Part shown: one piece after another, positions 1 to 11,749 of the stretch
How positions within the stretch are numbered: position 1 is the first letter of the stretch
How the letters are laid out: every line of letters begins with the position of its first letter
Assembly (NCBI GenBank): GCA_964016885.1
Contig: OZ024744.1
Location: 135,098,001 to 135,162,000 of the forward strand
Source: Eledone cirrhosa
Lineage: Eukaryota
Direction: 5' to 3'
Length of the DNA: 64,000 nucleotides
The notes under the pieces: model-generated
Told to the model about the DNA's origin: nothing
What the model saw: the letters and a program-made list of their open reading frames with translations, nothing else
Database searches by the model: none
Program-made: the position numbers and the translations under genes

Positions 1-3000
1 GGTAAGTTAAGTTGAGGGTAAGTTAAGTTGGGGTTAATTTAAGTTGGGTCAAATTAAGTTGGGGTTAAGTTAAGTTGGAGTTAAGTTAAGTTGGGGTTAA
101 ATTAAGTTGGGGTTAAGTTAAGTTGGGGTTAAATTAAGTTGGAGTTAAGTTAAGTTGGGGTTAAGTTAAGTTGGGGTTAAGTTAAGTTGGGGGTAACTTA
201 AGTTGGTGGTAAGTTAAGTTGGGGGTAAGTTAAGATGGGGTTAAGTTAAGTTGGGGTTAAGTTAATTTGGGGTTAAGTTAGGGTTAAGTTAAGTTGGGGT
301 TGAGTTAAGTTGGGGTTAAGTTAAGTTGCGGTTACGTTAATTTGGGGTTAAGTTAAGTTGGGGTTAAGTTGAGTTGGGGTTCAGTTAAGTTGCGGTTAAG
401 TTAAGTTGGGGTTAAGTTAAGTTGGGGTTAAGTTAAGTTGGGGTTACTTTAAGTTGGGGTTAAGTTAAGTTGGGGTTAAGTTAAGTTGGGGTTCAGTTAA
501 GTTGCGGTTAAATTAAGTTGGGGTTAAGTTAATTTGGGGTTAAGTTAAGTTGGGGTTAAGATAAGTTGGGGTTAAGTTAAGTTGGGGTTGAGTTAAGTTG
601 GGGTTGAGTTAATTTGGGGTTAACTTAAGTTGGGGGTACTTAAGTTGGGTTTAAGTTAAGTGGGGTTAAGTTAAGTTGGGGTTAAGTTAAGTTGGTGTTA
701 AGTTAAGTTGGGGCTGAGTTAAGTTGGGGCTGAGTTAAGTTGGGGTTAAGTTAAGTTGGGGTTGAGTTAAGTTGGGGTTAAGTTAAGCTGGGGTTAAGGT
801 AAGTTGGGGTTAAGTTAAGTTGGGGTTAAGTTAAGTTGGGGTTGAGTTAAGTTGGGGTTAAGTTAAGTTGGTGTTAAGTTAAGTTGGGGTTCAGTTAAGT
901 TGGGGTTAAGTTAAGTTGGGGTTAAGATGGGGTTAAATTAAGTTGGGGTTAAGTTAAGTTGGGGTTAAGTTAAGTCGGGGTTAAGTTAAGTCGGGGTTAA
1001 GTTAAGTTAGGGTTAAGTTAAGTTGGAGTTAAGTTAAGTTGGGGTTGAGTTAAGTTGGGGTTGAGTTAAATTGGGGTGGAGTTAAGTTGGGGTTGAGTTA
1101 AGTTGGTGTTGAGTTAAGTTGGGGTTAACTTAAGTTGGGGTTAAGTTAAGTTGCAGTTAAGTTAAGTTGAGTTTAAGTTAAGTTGGGGCTAAGTTAAGTT
1201 GGGGCTAAGTTAAGTTGGGGCTAAGTTAAGTTGGGGCTAAGTTAAGTTGGGGTTCAGTTAAGTTGGTGTTAAGTTAAGTTTGGGTTAAGTTGGGGTTAAA
1301 TGAAGTTGGGGTTAAGTTAAGTTGGGGTTTAGTTAAGTTGGGGTTAAGTTAAGTTGGGGTTAATTTAAGTTGGGGTTAAGTTAAGTTGGGGTTAAGTTAA
1401 GTGGTGGTTATGTTAAGTTGGGGTTAAGTTAAGTTGGGGTTAATTTAAATTGGGGTTAAGTTAATTTTGTGGTTAAGTTAAGTTGGGGTTAAGTTAAGTC
1501 GGGGTTAAGTTAATTTGGGGTTGAGTTAAGTTGGGGTTAATTTAAGTTGGGGCTAAGTTAATTTGTGGTTAAGTTAAGTTGGGGTAAAGTTAAGTTGGGG
1601 TTAACTTAAGTTGGGGTTGAGTTAAGTTGGGGTTGAGTTAATTTAGGGTTAAGTTAAGTTGGGGTTAAGTTAAGTTGGGTTTAAGTTAAGTTGGGGTAAA
1701 ATTAAGTTGGGGTTAAATTAAGTTGGGGTTAAGTTAAGTTGGGGGTAAGTTAAGTTGGGGGCAAGTTAAGTTGGGGTTAAGTTAAGTTGGGGTTAAATTA
1801 AGTTGGGGTTAAGTTAAGTTGGTGTTAATTTAAGTTGGGGTTTATTTAAGTTGGGGTTAATTAAGTTGGGGTTAAATTAAGTTGGGGTTAAGTTAAGTTG
1901 GGGTTAATTTAAGTTGGGGTTGAGTTAAGTTGCGGTTAAGTTAAGTTGGGTTTATATTAAGTTGGGGTTAAGTTAAGTTGGGGTTAAGTTAAGTTGGGGC
2001 TGAGTTAAGTTGGGGCTGAGTTAAGTTGGGGTTAAGTTAAGTTGGGGTTGAGTTAAGTTGGGGTTAAGTTAAGTTGGGGTTAAGTTAAGATGGGGTTAAG
2101 TTAAGTTGGGTTTAAGTTAAGTTGGGGTTTAGTTAAGTTGGGGTTCAGTTAAGTTTGGGTTAAGTTAAGTTTGGGTTAAGTTGGGGTTAAATTAATTTGG
2201 GGTTAAGTTAAGTTGGGGTTTAGTTAAGTTGGGGTTAAGTTAAGTTGGGGTTAATTTAAGTTGGGGTTAAGTTAAGTTGCGGGTAATTTAAGTTGGGGTT
2301 AAGTTAAGTTGGGGTTAAGTTAAGGCGGGGTTAAGTTGAGTTGGGGTTGAGTTAATTTGGGGTTAACTTAAGTTGGGGGTACTTAAGGTGGGTTTAAGTT
2401 AAGTGGGGTTAAGTTAAGTTGGGGTTAAGTTAAGTTGGGGTTAAGTTAAGTTGGGGTTAAGTTAGGTTGTGGTTAAGTTAAGTTGGGGGTAAGTTAAGTT
2501 GGGGGTAAGTTAAGTTGCGGTTAATTTAAGTTGGGTCTAATTAAGTTGGGGTTAAGTTAAGTTGGGGTTAAGTTAAGTTGGGGTTGAGTTAATTTGGGGT
2601 TAACTTAAGTTGGGGGTACTTAAGTTGGGTTTAAGTTAAGTCGGGTTAAATTAAGTTGGGGTTAAGTTAAGTTGGGGTTAAGTTAAGTTGGGGGTAAGTT
2701 ACGTTGGTGGTAAGTTAAGTTGGGGGTAAGTTAAGGTGGGGTTAAGTTAAGTTGGGGTTAAGTTAATTTGGGGTTAAGTTATGGTTAAGTTAAGTTGGGG
2801 TTGAGTTAATTTGGGGTTAAGTTAAGTTGGGGGTAAGTTAAGTTGGGGGCAAGTTAAGTTGGGGTTAAGTTAAGTTGGGGTTAAATTAAGTTGGGGTTAA
2901 GTTAAGTTGGTGTTAAGTTAAGTTGGGGTTTATTTAAGTTGGGGTTAATTAAGTTGGGGTTAAGTTAAGTTGGGGTTAAGTTAAGTTGGGGTTAATTTAA

Positions 3001-6000
3001 GTTGGGGTTGAGTTAAGTTGGGGTTAAGTTAAGTTGGGGTTAAGTTAAGTTGGTGTTAAGTTAAGTTGGGGCTAAGTTAAGTTGGGGCTGAGTTAAGTTG
3101 GGGCTGAGTTAAGTTGGGGTTAAGTTAAGTTGGGGTTGAGTTAAGTTGGGGTTAAGTTAAGTTGGGGTTAAGTTAAGTTGGGGTTTAGTTAAGTTGGGGT
3201 TCAGTTAAGTTGGGGTTAAGTTAAGTTTGGGTTAAGTTGGGGTTAAATTAAGTTGGGGTTAAGTTAAGTTGGGGTTATGTTAAGTTGGGGTTAAGTTAAG
3301 TTGCGGGTAAGTTAAGTTGGGGTTAAGTTAACTTGGGGTTAAGTTAACTTGGGGTTAAGTTAAGTTGGGGTTAAGTTAAGTTGGGGTTAAGTTAAGTTGG
3401 GGTTAATTTAAGTTGGGGTTAAGTTAAGGCGGGGTTAAGTTGAGTTGGGGTTAAGTTAAGTTGGGGTTAAGTTAAGTTGGGGTTGAGTTAATTTGGGGTT
3501 AACTTAAGTTGGGGGTACTTAAGTTGGGTTTAAGTTAAGTGGGGTTCAGTTAAGTTGGGGTTAAGTTAAGTTGGGGTTAAGTTAAGTTGGGGTTAAGTTA
3601 AGGCGGGGTTAAGTTGAGTTGGGGTTGAGTTAATTTGGGGTTAACTTAAGTTGGGGGTACTTAAGGTGGGTTTAAGTTAAGTGGGGTTAAGTTAAGTTGG
3701 GGTTAAGTTAAGTTGGGGTTAAGTTAAGTTGGGGTTAAGTTAGGTTGTGGTTAAGTTAAGTTGGGGGTAAGTTAAGTTGGGGGTAAGTTAAGTTGGGGTT
3801 AATTTAAGTTGGGTCTAATTAAGTTGGGGTTAAGTTAAGTTGGGGTTAAGTTAAGTTGGGGTTGAGTTAATTTGGGGTTAACTTAAGTTGGGGGTACTTA
3901 AGTTGGGTTTAAGTTAAGTGGGGTTAAGTTAAGTTGGGGTTAAGTTAAGTTGTGGTTAAGTTAAGTTGGGGGTAAGTTAAGTTGGTGGTAAGTTAAGTTG
4001 GGGGTAAGTTAAGATGGGGTTAAGTCAAGTTGGGGTTAAGTTAATTTGGGGTTAAGTTATGGTTAAGTTAAGTTGGGGTTGAGTTAAGTTGGGGTTAAGT
4101 TAAGTTGGGGTTATGTCAAGTTGGGGTTAAGTTAAGTTGGGGTTAAGTTGAGTTGGGATTCAGTTAAGTTGCGGTTAATTTAAGTTGGGATTAAGTTAAG
4201 TTGGGGTTAAGTTAAGTTGGGGTTAAGTTAAGTTGGGGTTAATTTAAGTTGGGGTTAAGTTAAGTTGGGGTTAAGTTAAGTTGGGGTTAAGTTAAGTTGG
4301 GGTTAAATTAAATTGGGGTTAAGTTAAGTTGGGGTTAAGTTAAGTTGGGGTTAAGATAAGTTGGGGTTAAGTTAAGTTGGGGTTGAGTTAAGTTGGGGTT
4401 GAGTTAATTTGGGGTTAACTTAAGTTGGGGGTACTTAAGTTGGGTTTAAGTTAAGTGGGGTTAAGTTAAGTTGGGGTTAAGTTAAGTTGGGGTTAAGTTA
4501 AGTTGGGGTTAAGTTAGGTTGTTGTTAAGTTAAGTTGGGGGTAAGTTAAGTTGGGGGTAAGTTAAGTTGGGGTTAATTTAAGTTGGGTCTAATTAAGTTG
4601 GGGTTAAGTTAAGTTGGGGTTAAGTTAAGTTGGGGTTAAATTGAGTTGGGGTTAAGTTAAGTTGAGGTTAAATTAAGTTGGGGCTAAGTTAAGTTGGGGC
4701 TGAGTTAAGTTGGGGCTGAGTTAAGTTGGGGTTAAGTTAAGTTGGGGTTGAGTTAAGTTGGGGTTAAGTTAAGTTGGGGTTAAGTTAAGTTGGGGTTAAG
4801 TTAAGTTGGGGTTAAGTTAAGTTGGGGTTTAGTTAAGTTGGGGTTCAGTTAAGTTGGGGTTAAGTTAAGTTTGGGTTAAGTTGGGGTTAAATTAAGTTGG
4901 GGTTAAGTTAAGTTGGGGTTTAGTTAAGTTGGGGTTAAGTTAAGTTGGGGTTAATTTAAGTTGGGGTTAAGTTAAGTTGCGGGTAATTTAAGTTGGGGTT
5001 AAGTTAAGTTGGGGTTAAGTTAAGTTGGGGTTAAGTTAAGTTGGGGTTAAGTTAAGTTGGGGTTAAGTTAAGTTGGGGGTAAGTTAAGTTGGGGGTAAGT
5101 TAAGTTGGGGGTAAGTTAAGTTGGGGTTAAGTTAAGTTAGGGTTAAGTTAAGTTGGGGTTGAGTTAAGTTGGGGTTAAGTTAAGTTGGGGTTATGTTAAG
5201 TTGGGGTTAAGTTAAGTTGCGGTTAAGTTAAGTTGGGGTTAAGTTAAGTTGGGGTTAAGTTAACTTGGGGTTAAGTTAAGTTGGGGTTAAGTTAAGTTGG
5301 GGTTAAGTTAAGTTGGGGTTAATTTAAGTTGGGGTTAAGTTAAGGCGGGGTTAAGTTGAGTTGGGGTTAAGTTAAGTTGGGGTTAAGTTAAGTTGGGGTT
5401 GAGTTAATTTGGGGTTAACTTAAGTTGGGGGTACTTAAGTTGGGTTTAAGTTAAGTGGGGTTAAGTTAAGTTGGGGTTAAGTTAAGTTGGGGTTAAGTTA
5501 AGTTGGGGTTAAGTTAGGTTGTGGTTAAGTTAAGTTGGGGGTAAGTTAAGTTGGGGGTAAGTTAAGTTGGGGTTAATTTAAGTTGGGTCTAATTAAGTTG
5601 GGGTTAAGTTAAGTTGGGGTTAAGTTAAGTTGGGGTTGAGTTAATTTGGGGTTAACTTAAGTTGGGGGTACTTAAGTTGGGTTTAAGTTAAGTGGGGTTA
5701 AGTTAAGTTGGGGTTAAGTTAAGTTGGAGTTAAGTTAAGTTGGGGGTAAGTTAAGTTGAGGGTAAGTTAAGTTGGGGTTAATTTAAGTTGGGTCAAATTA
5801 AGTTGGGGTTAAGTTAAGTTGGAGTTAAGTTAAGTTGGGGTTAAATTAAGTTGGGGTTAAGTTAAGTTGGGGTTAAATTAAGTTGGAGTTAAGTTAAGTT
5901 GGGGTTAAGTTAAGTTGGGGTTAAGTTGGGGGTAACTTAAGTTGGTGGTAAGTTAAGTTGGGGGTAAGTTAAGATGGGGTTAAGTTAAGTTGGGGTTAAG

Positions 6001-8555
6001 TTAATTTGGGGTTAAGTTAGGGTTAAGTTAAGTTGGGGTTGAGTTAAGTTGGGGTTAAGTTAAGTTGCGGTTACGTTAATTTGGGGTTAAGTTAAGTTGG
6101 GGTTACGTTGAGTTGGGGTTCAGTTAAGTTGCGGTTAAGTTAAGTTGGGGTTAAGTTAAGTTGGGGTTAAGTTAAGTTGGGGTTACTTTAAGTTGGGGTT
6201 AAGTTAAGTTGGGGTTAAGTTAAGTTGGGGTTCAGTTAAGTTGCGGTTAAATTAAGTTGGGGTTAAGTTAATTTGGGGTTAAGTTAAGTTGGGGTTAAGA
6301 TAAGTTGGGGTTAAGTTAAGTTGGGGTTGAGTTAAGTTGGGGTTGAGTTAATTTGGGGTTAACTTAAGTTGGGGGTACTTAAGTTGGGTTTAAGTTAAGT
6401 GGGGTTAAGTTAAGTTGGTGTTAAGTTAAGTTGGGGCTGAGTTAAGTTGGGGCTGAGTTAAGTTGGGGTTAAGTTAAGTTGGGGTTGAGTTAAGTTGGGG
6501 TTAAGTTAAGTTGGGGTTAAGGTAAGTTGGGGTTAAGTTAAGTTGGGGTTAAGTTAAGTTGGGGTTGAGTTAAGTTGGGGTTAAGTTAAGTTGGTGTTAA
6601 GTTAAGTTGGGGTTCAGTTAAGTTGGGGTTAAGTTAAGTTGGGGTTAAGATGGGGTTAAATTAAGTTGGGGTTAAGTTAAGTTGGGGTTAAGTTAAGTCG
6701 GGGTTAAGTTAAGTCGGGGTTAAGTTAAGTTAGGGTTAAGTTAAGTTGGAGTTAAGTTAAGTTGGGGTTGAGTTAAGTTGGGGTTGAGTTAAATTGGGGT
6801 GGAGTTAAGTTGGGGTTGAGTTAAGTTGGTGTTGAGTTAAGTTGGGGTTAACTTAAGTTGGGGTTAAGTTAAGTTGCAGTTAAGTTAAGTTGAGTTTAAG
6901 TTAAGTTGGGGCTAAGTTAAGTTGGGGCTAAGTTAAGTTGGGGCTAAGTTAAGTTGGGGCTAAGTTAAGTTGGGGTTCAGTTAAGTTGGTGTTAAGTTAA
7001 GTTTGGGTTAAGTTGGGGTTAAATGAAGTTGGGGTTAAGTTAAGTTGGGGTTTAGTTAAGTTGGGGTTAAGTTAAGTTGGGGTTAATTTAAGTTGGGGTT
7101 AAGTTAAGTTGGGGTTAAGTTAAGTGGTGGTTATGTTAAGTTGGGGTTAAGTTAAGTTGGGGTTAATTTAAATTGGGGTTAAGTTAATTTTGTGGTTAAG
7201 TTAAGTTGGGGTTAAGTTAAGTCGGGGTTAAGTTAATTTGGGGTTGAGTTAAGTTGGGGTTAATTTAAGTTGGGGCTAAGTTAATTTGTGGTTAAGTTAA
7301 GTTGGGGTAAAGTTAAGTTGGGGTTAAGTTAAGTTGGGGTTGAGTTAAGTTGGGGTTGAGTTAATTTAGGGTTAAGTTAAGTTGGGGTTAAGTTAAGTTG
7401 GGTTTAAGTTAAGTTGGGGTTAAATTAAGTTGGGGTTAAATTAAGTTGGGGTTAAGTTAAGTTGGGGGTAAGTTAAGTTGGGGGCAAGTTAAGTTGGGGT
7501 TAAGTTAAGTTGGGGTTAAATTAAGTTGGGGTTAAGTTAAGTTGGTGTTAATTTAAGTTGGGGTTTATTTAAGTTGGGGTTAATTAAGTTGGGGTTAAAT
7601 TAAGTTGGGGTTAAGTTAAGTTGGGGTTAATTTAAGTTGGGGTTGAGTTAAGTTGCGGTTAAGTTAAGTTGGGTTTATATTAAGTTGGGGTTAAGTTAAG
7701 TTGGGGTTAAGTTAAGTTGGGGCTGAGTTAAGTTGGGGCTGAGTTAAGTTGGGGTTAAGTTAAGTTGGGGTTGAGTTAAGTTGGGGTTAAGTTAAGTTGG
7801 GGTTAAGTTAAGATGGGGTTAAGTTAAGTTGGGTTTAAGTTAAGTTGGGGTTTAGTTAAGTTGGGGTTCAGTTAAGTTTGGGTTAAGTTAAGTTTGGGTT
7901 AAGTTGGGGTTAAATTAATTTGGGGTTAAGTTAAGTTGGGGTTTAGTTAAGTTGGGGTTAAGTTAAGTTGGGGTTAATTTAAGTTGGGGTTAAGTTAAGT
8001 TGCGGGTAATTTAAGTTGGGGTTAAGTTAAGTTGGGGTTAAGTTAAGGCGGGGTTAAGTTGAGTTGGGGTTGAGTTAATTTGGGGTTAACTTAAGTTGGG
8101 GGTACTTAAGGTGGGTTTAAGTTAAGTGGGGTTAAGTTAAGTTGGGGTTAAGTTAAGTTGGGGTTAAGTTAAGTTGGGGTTAAGTTAGGTTGTGGTTAAG
8201 TTAAGTTGGGGGTAAGTTAAGTTGGGGGTAAGTTAAGTTGCGGTTAATTTAAGTTGGGTCTAATTAAGTTGGGGTTAAGTTAAGTTGGGGTTAAGTTAAG
8301 TTGGGGTTGAGTTAATTTGGGGTTAACTTAAGTTGGGGGTACTTAAGTTGGGTTTAAGTTAAGTCGGGTTAAATTAAGTTGGGGTTAAGTTAAGTTGGGG
8401 TTAAGTTAAGTTGGGGGTAAGTTACGTTGGTGGTAAGTTAAGTTGGGGGTAAGTTAAGGTGGGGTTAAGTTAAGTTGGGGTTAAGTTAATTTGGGGTTAA
8501 GTTATGGTTAAGTTAAGTTGGGGTTGAGTTAATTTGGGGTTAAGTTAAGTTGGGG
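1..8555 (+). repeat. Higher-order duplication: ~1-2830 repeated at ~5745-8555
   Basis: Rare markers recur in the same order: GGTCAAATT 47/5791 (offset 5744), TTACG 332/6071 (5739), TTGCAG 1151/6874 (5723), TTTATAT 1951/7674 (5723), ACGTTGGTGG 2701/8424 (5723). The offset steps correspond to a 5-bp and a 16-bp indel. Confidence 0.9.
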
Positions 8556-11500
8556 TTATGTTAAGTTGGGGTTAAGTTAAGTTGGGGTTAAGTTGAGTTG
8601 GGGTTCAGTTAAGTTGCGGTTAATTTAAGTAGGGGTTAAGTTAAGTTGGGGTTAATTTAAGTTTGGGTTAAGTTAAGTTGGGGTTAATTTAAGTTGGGGT
8701 TAAGTTAAGTTGGGGTTAAGTTAAGTTGGGGTTAAGTTAAGTTGGGGTTAAGTTAAGTTGGGGTTAAATTAAATTGGGGTTAAGTTAAGTTGGGGTTAAG
8801 TTAAGTTGGGGTTAAGATAAGTTGGGGTTAAGTTAAGTTGGGGTTGAGTTAAGTTGGAGTTGAGTTAATTTGGGGTTAACTTAAGTTGGGGGTACTTAAG
8901 TTGGGTTTAAGTTAAGTGGGGTTAAGTTAAGTTGGGGTTAAGTTAAGTTGGGGTTAAGTTAAGTTGGGGGTAATTTAAGTTGGGGTTAATTTAAGTTGGG
9001 TCTAATTAAGTTGGGGTTAAGTTAAGTTGGGGTTAAGTTAAGTTGGGGTTAAATTAAGTTGGGGTTAAGTTAAGTTGAGGTTAAATTAAGTTGGGGTTAA
9101 GTTAAGTTGGGGTTAAGTTAAGTTGGGGTTAAGTTAAGTTGGGGTTAAGTTAAGTTGGGGTTAAATTAAGTTGGAGTTAAATTAAGTTGGGGTTAAGTTA
9201 AGTTGGGGGTAAGTTAAGTTGGGGGCAAGTTAAGTTGGGGTTAAGTTAAGTTGGGGTTAAATTAAGTTGGGGTTAAGTTAAGTTGGTGTTAAGTTAAGTT
9301 GGGGTTTATTTAAGTTGGGGTTAATTAAGTTGGGGTTAAGTTAAGTTGGGGTTAAGTTAAGTTGGGGTTAATTTAAGTTGGGGTTGAGTTAAGTTGGGGT
9401 TAAGTTAAGTTGGGGTTAAGTTAAGTTGGTGTTAAGTTAAGTTGGGGCTAAGTTAAGTTGGGGCTGAGTTAAGTTGGGGCTGAGTTAAGTTGGGGTTAAG
9501 TTAAGTTGGGGTTGAGTTAAGTTGGGGTTAAGTTAAGTTGGGGTTAAGTTAAGTTGGGGTTTAGTTAAGTTGGGGTTCAGTTAAGTTGGGGTTAAGTTAA
9601 GTTTGGGTTAAGTTGGGGTTAAATTAAGTTGGGGTTAAGTTAAGTTGGGGTTATGTTAAGTTGGGGTTAAGTTAAGTTGCGGTTAAGTTAAGTTGGGGTT
9701 AAGTTAAGTTGGGGTTAAGTTAACTTGGGGTTAAGTTAAGTTGGGGTTAAGTTAAGTTGGGGTTAAGTTAAGTTGGGGTTAATTTAAGTTGGGGTTAAGT
9801 TAAGGCGGGGTTAAGTTGAGTTGGGGTTAAGTTAAGTTGGGGTTAAGTTAAGTTGGGGTTGAGTTAATTTGGGGTTAACTTAAGTTGGGGGTACTTAAGT
9901 TGGGTTTAAGTTAAGTGGGGTTCAGTTAAGTTGGGGTTAAGTTAAGTTGGGGTTAAGTTAAGTTGGGGTTAAGTTAGGTTGTGGTTAAGTTAAGTTGGGG
10001 GTAAGTTAAGTTGGGGGTAAGTTAAGTTGGGGTTAATTTAAGTTGGGTCTAATTAAGTTGGGGTTAAGTTAAGTTGGGGTTAAGTTAAGTTGGGGTTGAG
10101 TTAATTTGGGCTTAACTTAAGTTGGGGGTACTTAAGTTGGGTTTAAGTTAAGTGGGGTTAAGTTAAGTTGGGGTTAAGTTAAGTTGGGGGTAAGTTAAGT
10201 TGAGGGTAAGTTAAGTTGGGGTTAATTTAAGTTGGGTCAAATTAAGTTGGGGTTAAGTTAAGTTGGAGTTAAGTTAAGTTGGGGTTAAATTAAGTTGGGG
10301 TTAAGTTAAGTTGGGGTTAAATTAAGTTGGAGTTAAGTTAAGTTGGGGTTAAGTTAAGTTGGGGTTAAGTTAAGTTGGGGGTAAGTTAAGTTGGTGGTAA
10401 GTTAAGTTGGGGGTAAGTTAAGATGGGGTTAAATTAAGTTGGGGTTAAGTTAATTTGGGGTTAAGTTAGGGTTAAGTTAAGTTGGGTTGATTTAAGTTGG
10501 GGTTAAGTTAAGTTGGGGTTATGTTAAGTTGGGGTTAAGTTAAGTTGGGGTTAAGTTGAGTTGGGGTTCAGTTAAGTTGCGGTTAAGTTAAGTTGGGGTT
10601 AAGTTAAGTTGGGGTTAAGTTAAGTTGGGGTTAAGTTAAGTTGGGGTTAAGTTAAGTTGGGGTTAAGTTAAGTTGCGGTTAAATTAAGTTGGGGTTAAGT
10701 TAATTTGGGGTTAAGTTAAGTTGGGGTTAAGATAAGTCGGGGGTACTTAAGTTGGGTTTAAGTTAAGTGGGGTTAAGTTAAGTTGGGGTTAAGTTAAGTT
10801 GGGGTTAAGTTAGGATGTGGTTAAGTTAAGTTGGGGTAAGTTAAGTTGGGGGTAAGTTAAGTTGGGGTTAATTTAAGTTGGGTCTAATTAAGTTGGGGTT
10901 AAGTTAAGTTGGGGTTAAGTTAAGTTGGGGTTAAGTTAAGTTGGTGTTAAGTTAAGTTGGGGCTAAGTTAAGTTGGGGCTGAGTTAAGTTGGGGCTGAGT
11001 TAAGTTGGGGTTAAGTTAAGTTGGGGTTAAGTTACGTTGGGGTTAAGTTAAGTTGGGGTTAAGTTAAGTTGGGGTTGAGTTAAGTTGGGGTTCAGTTAAG
11101 TTGGGGTTAAGTTAAGTTGGGGTTAAGATGGGGTTAAATTAAGTTGGGGTTAAGTTAAGTTGGGGTTAAGTTAAGTTGGGGTTAAGTTAAGTTGGGGTTA
11201 AGTTAAGTCGGGGTTAAGTTAAGTCGGGGTTAAGTTAAGTTAGGGTTAAGTTAAGTTGGAGTTAAGTTAAGTTGGGGTTGAGTTAAGTTGGGGTTGAGTT
11301 AAATTGGGGTGGAGTTAAGTTGGGGTTGCGTTAAGTTGGTGTTGAGTTAAGTTGGGGTTAAGTTAAGTTGGGGTTAAGTTAAGTTGGGGTTAAGTTAAGT
11401 TGGTGTTAAGTTAAGTTGGGGCTAAGTTAAGTTGGGGCTGAGTTAAGTTGGGGCTGAGTTAAGTTGGGGTTAAGTTAAGTTGGGGTTGAGTTAAGTTGGG

Positions 11501-11749
11501 GTTAAGTTAAGTTTGGGTTAAGTTAAGTTGGGGTTAAGTTAAGTTGGGGTTAAGTTAAGTTGGGGTTTAGTTAAGTTGGGGTTCAGTTAAGTTGGGGTTA
11601 AGTTAAGTTTGGGTTAAGTTGGGGTTAAATTAAGTTGTGGTTAAGTTAAGTTGGGGTTTAGTTAAGTTGGGGTTAAGTTAAGTTGGGGTTAATTTAAGTT
11701 GGGGTTAAGTTAAGTTGCGGGTAATTTAAGTTGGGGTTAAGTTAAGTTG

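Noticed and set aside
278-283. Canonical TTAGGG or TTAGG telomere tract
   Set aside because: TTAGGG and TTAGG occur only as isolated single-monomer variants, never in tandem.
656-665. Transcription-factor or promoter motifs (TTAAGTG NK-homeodomain-like, TAATTA, TATATTAA TATA-like)
   Set aside because: These short motifs arise trivially by one or two changes from the AT-rich consensus, and there is no gene context to support function.
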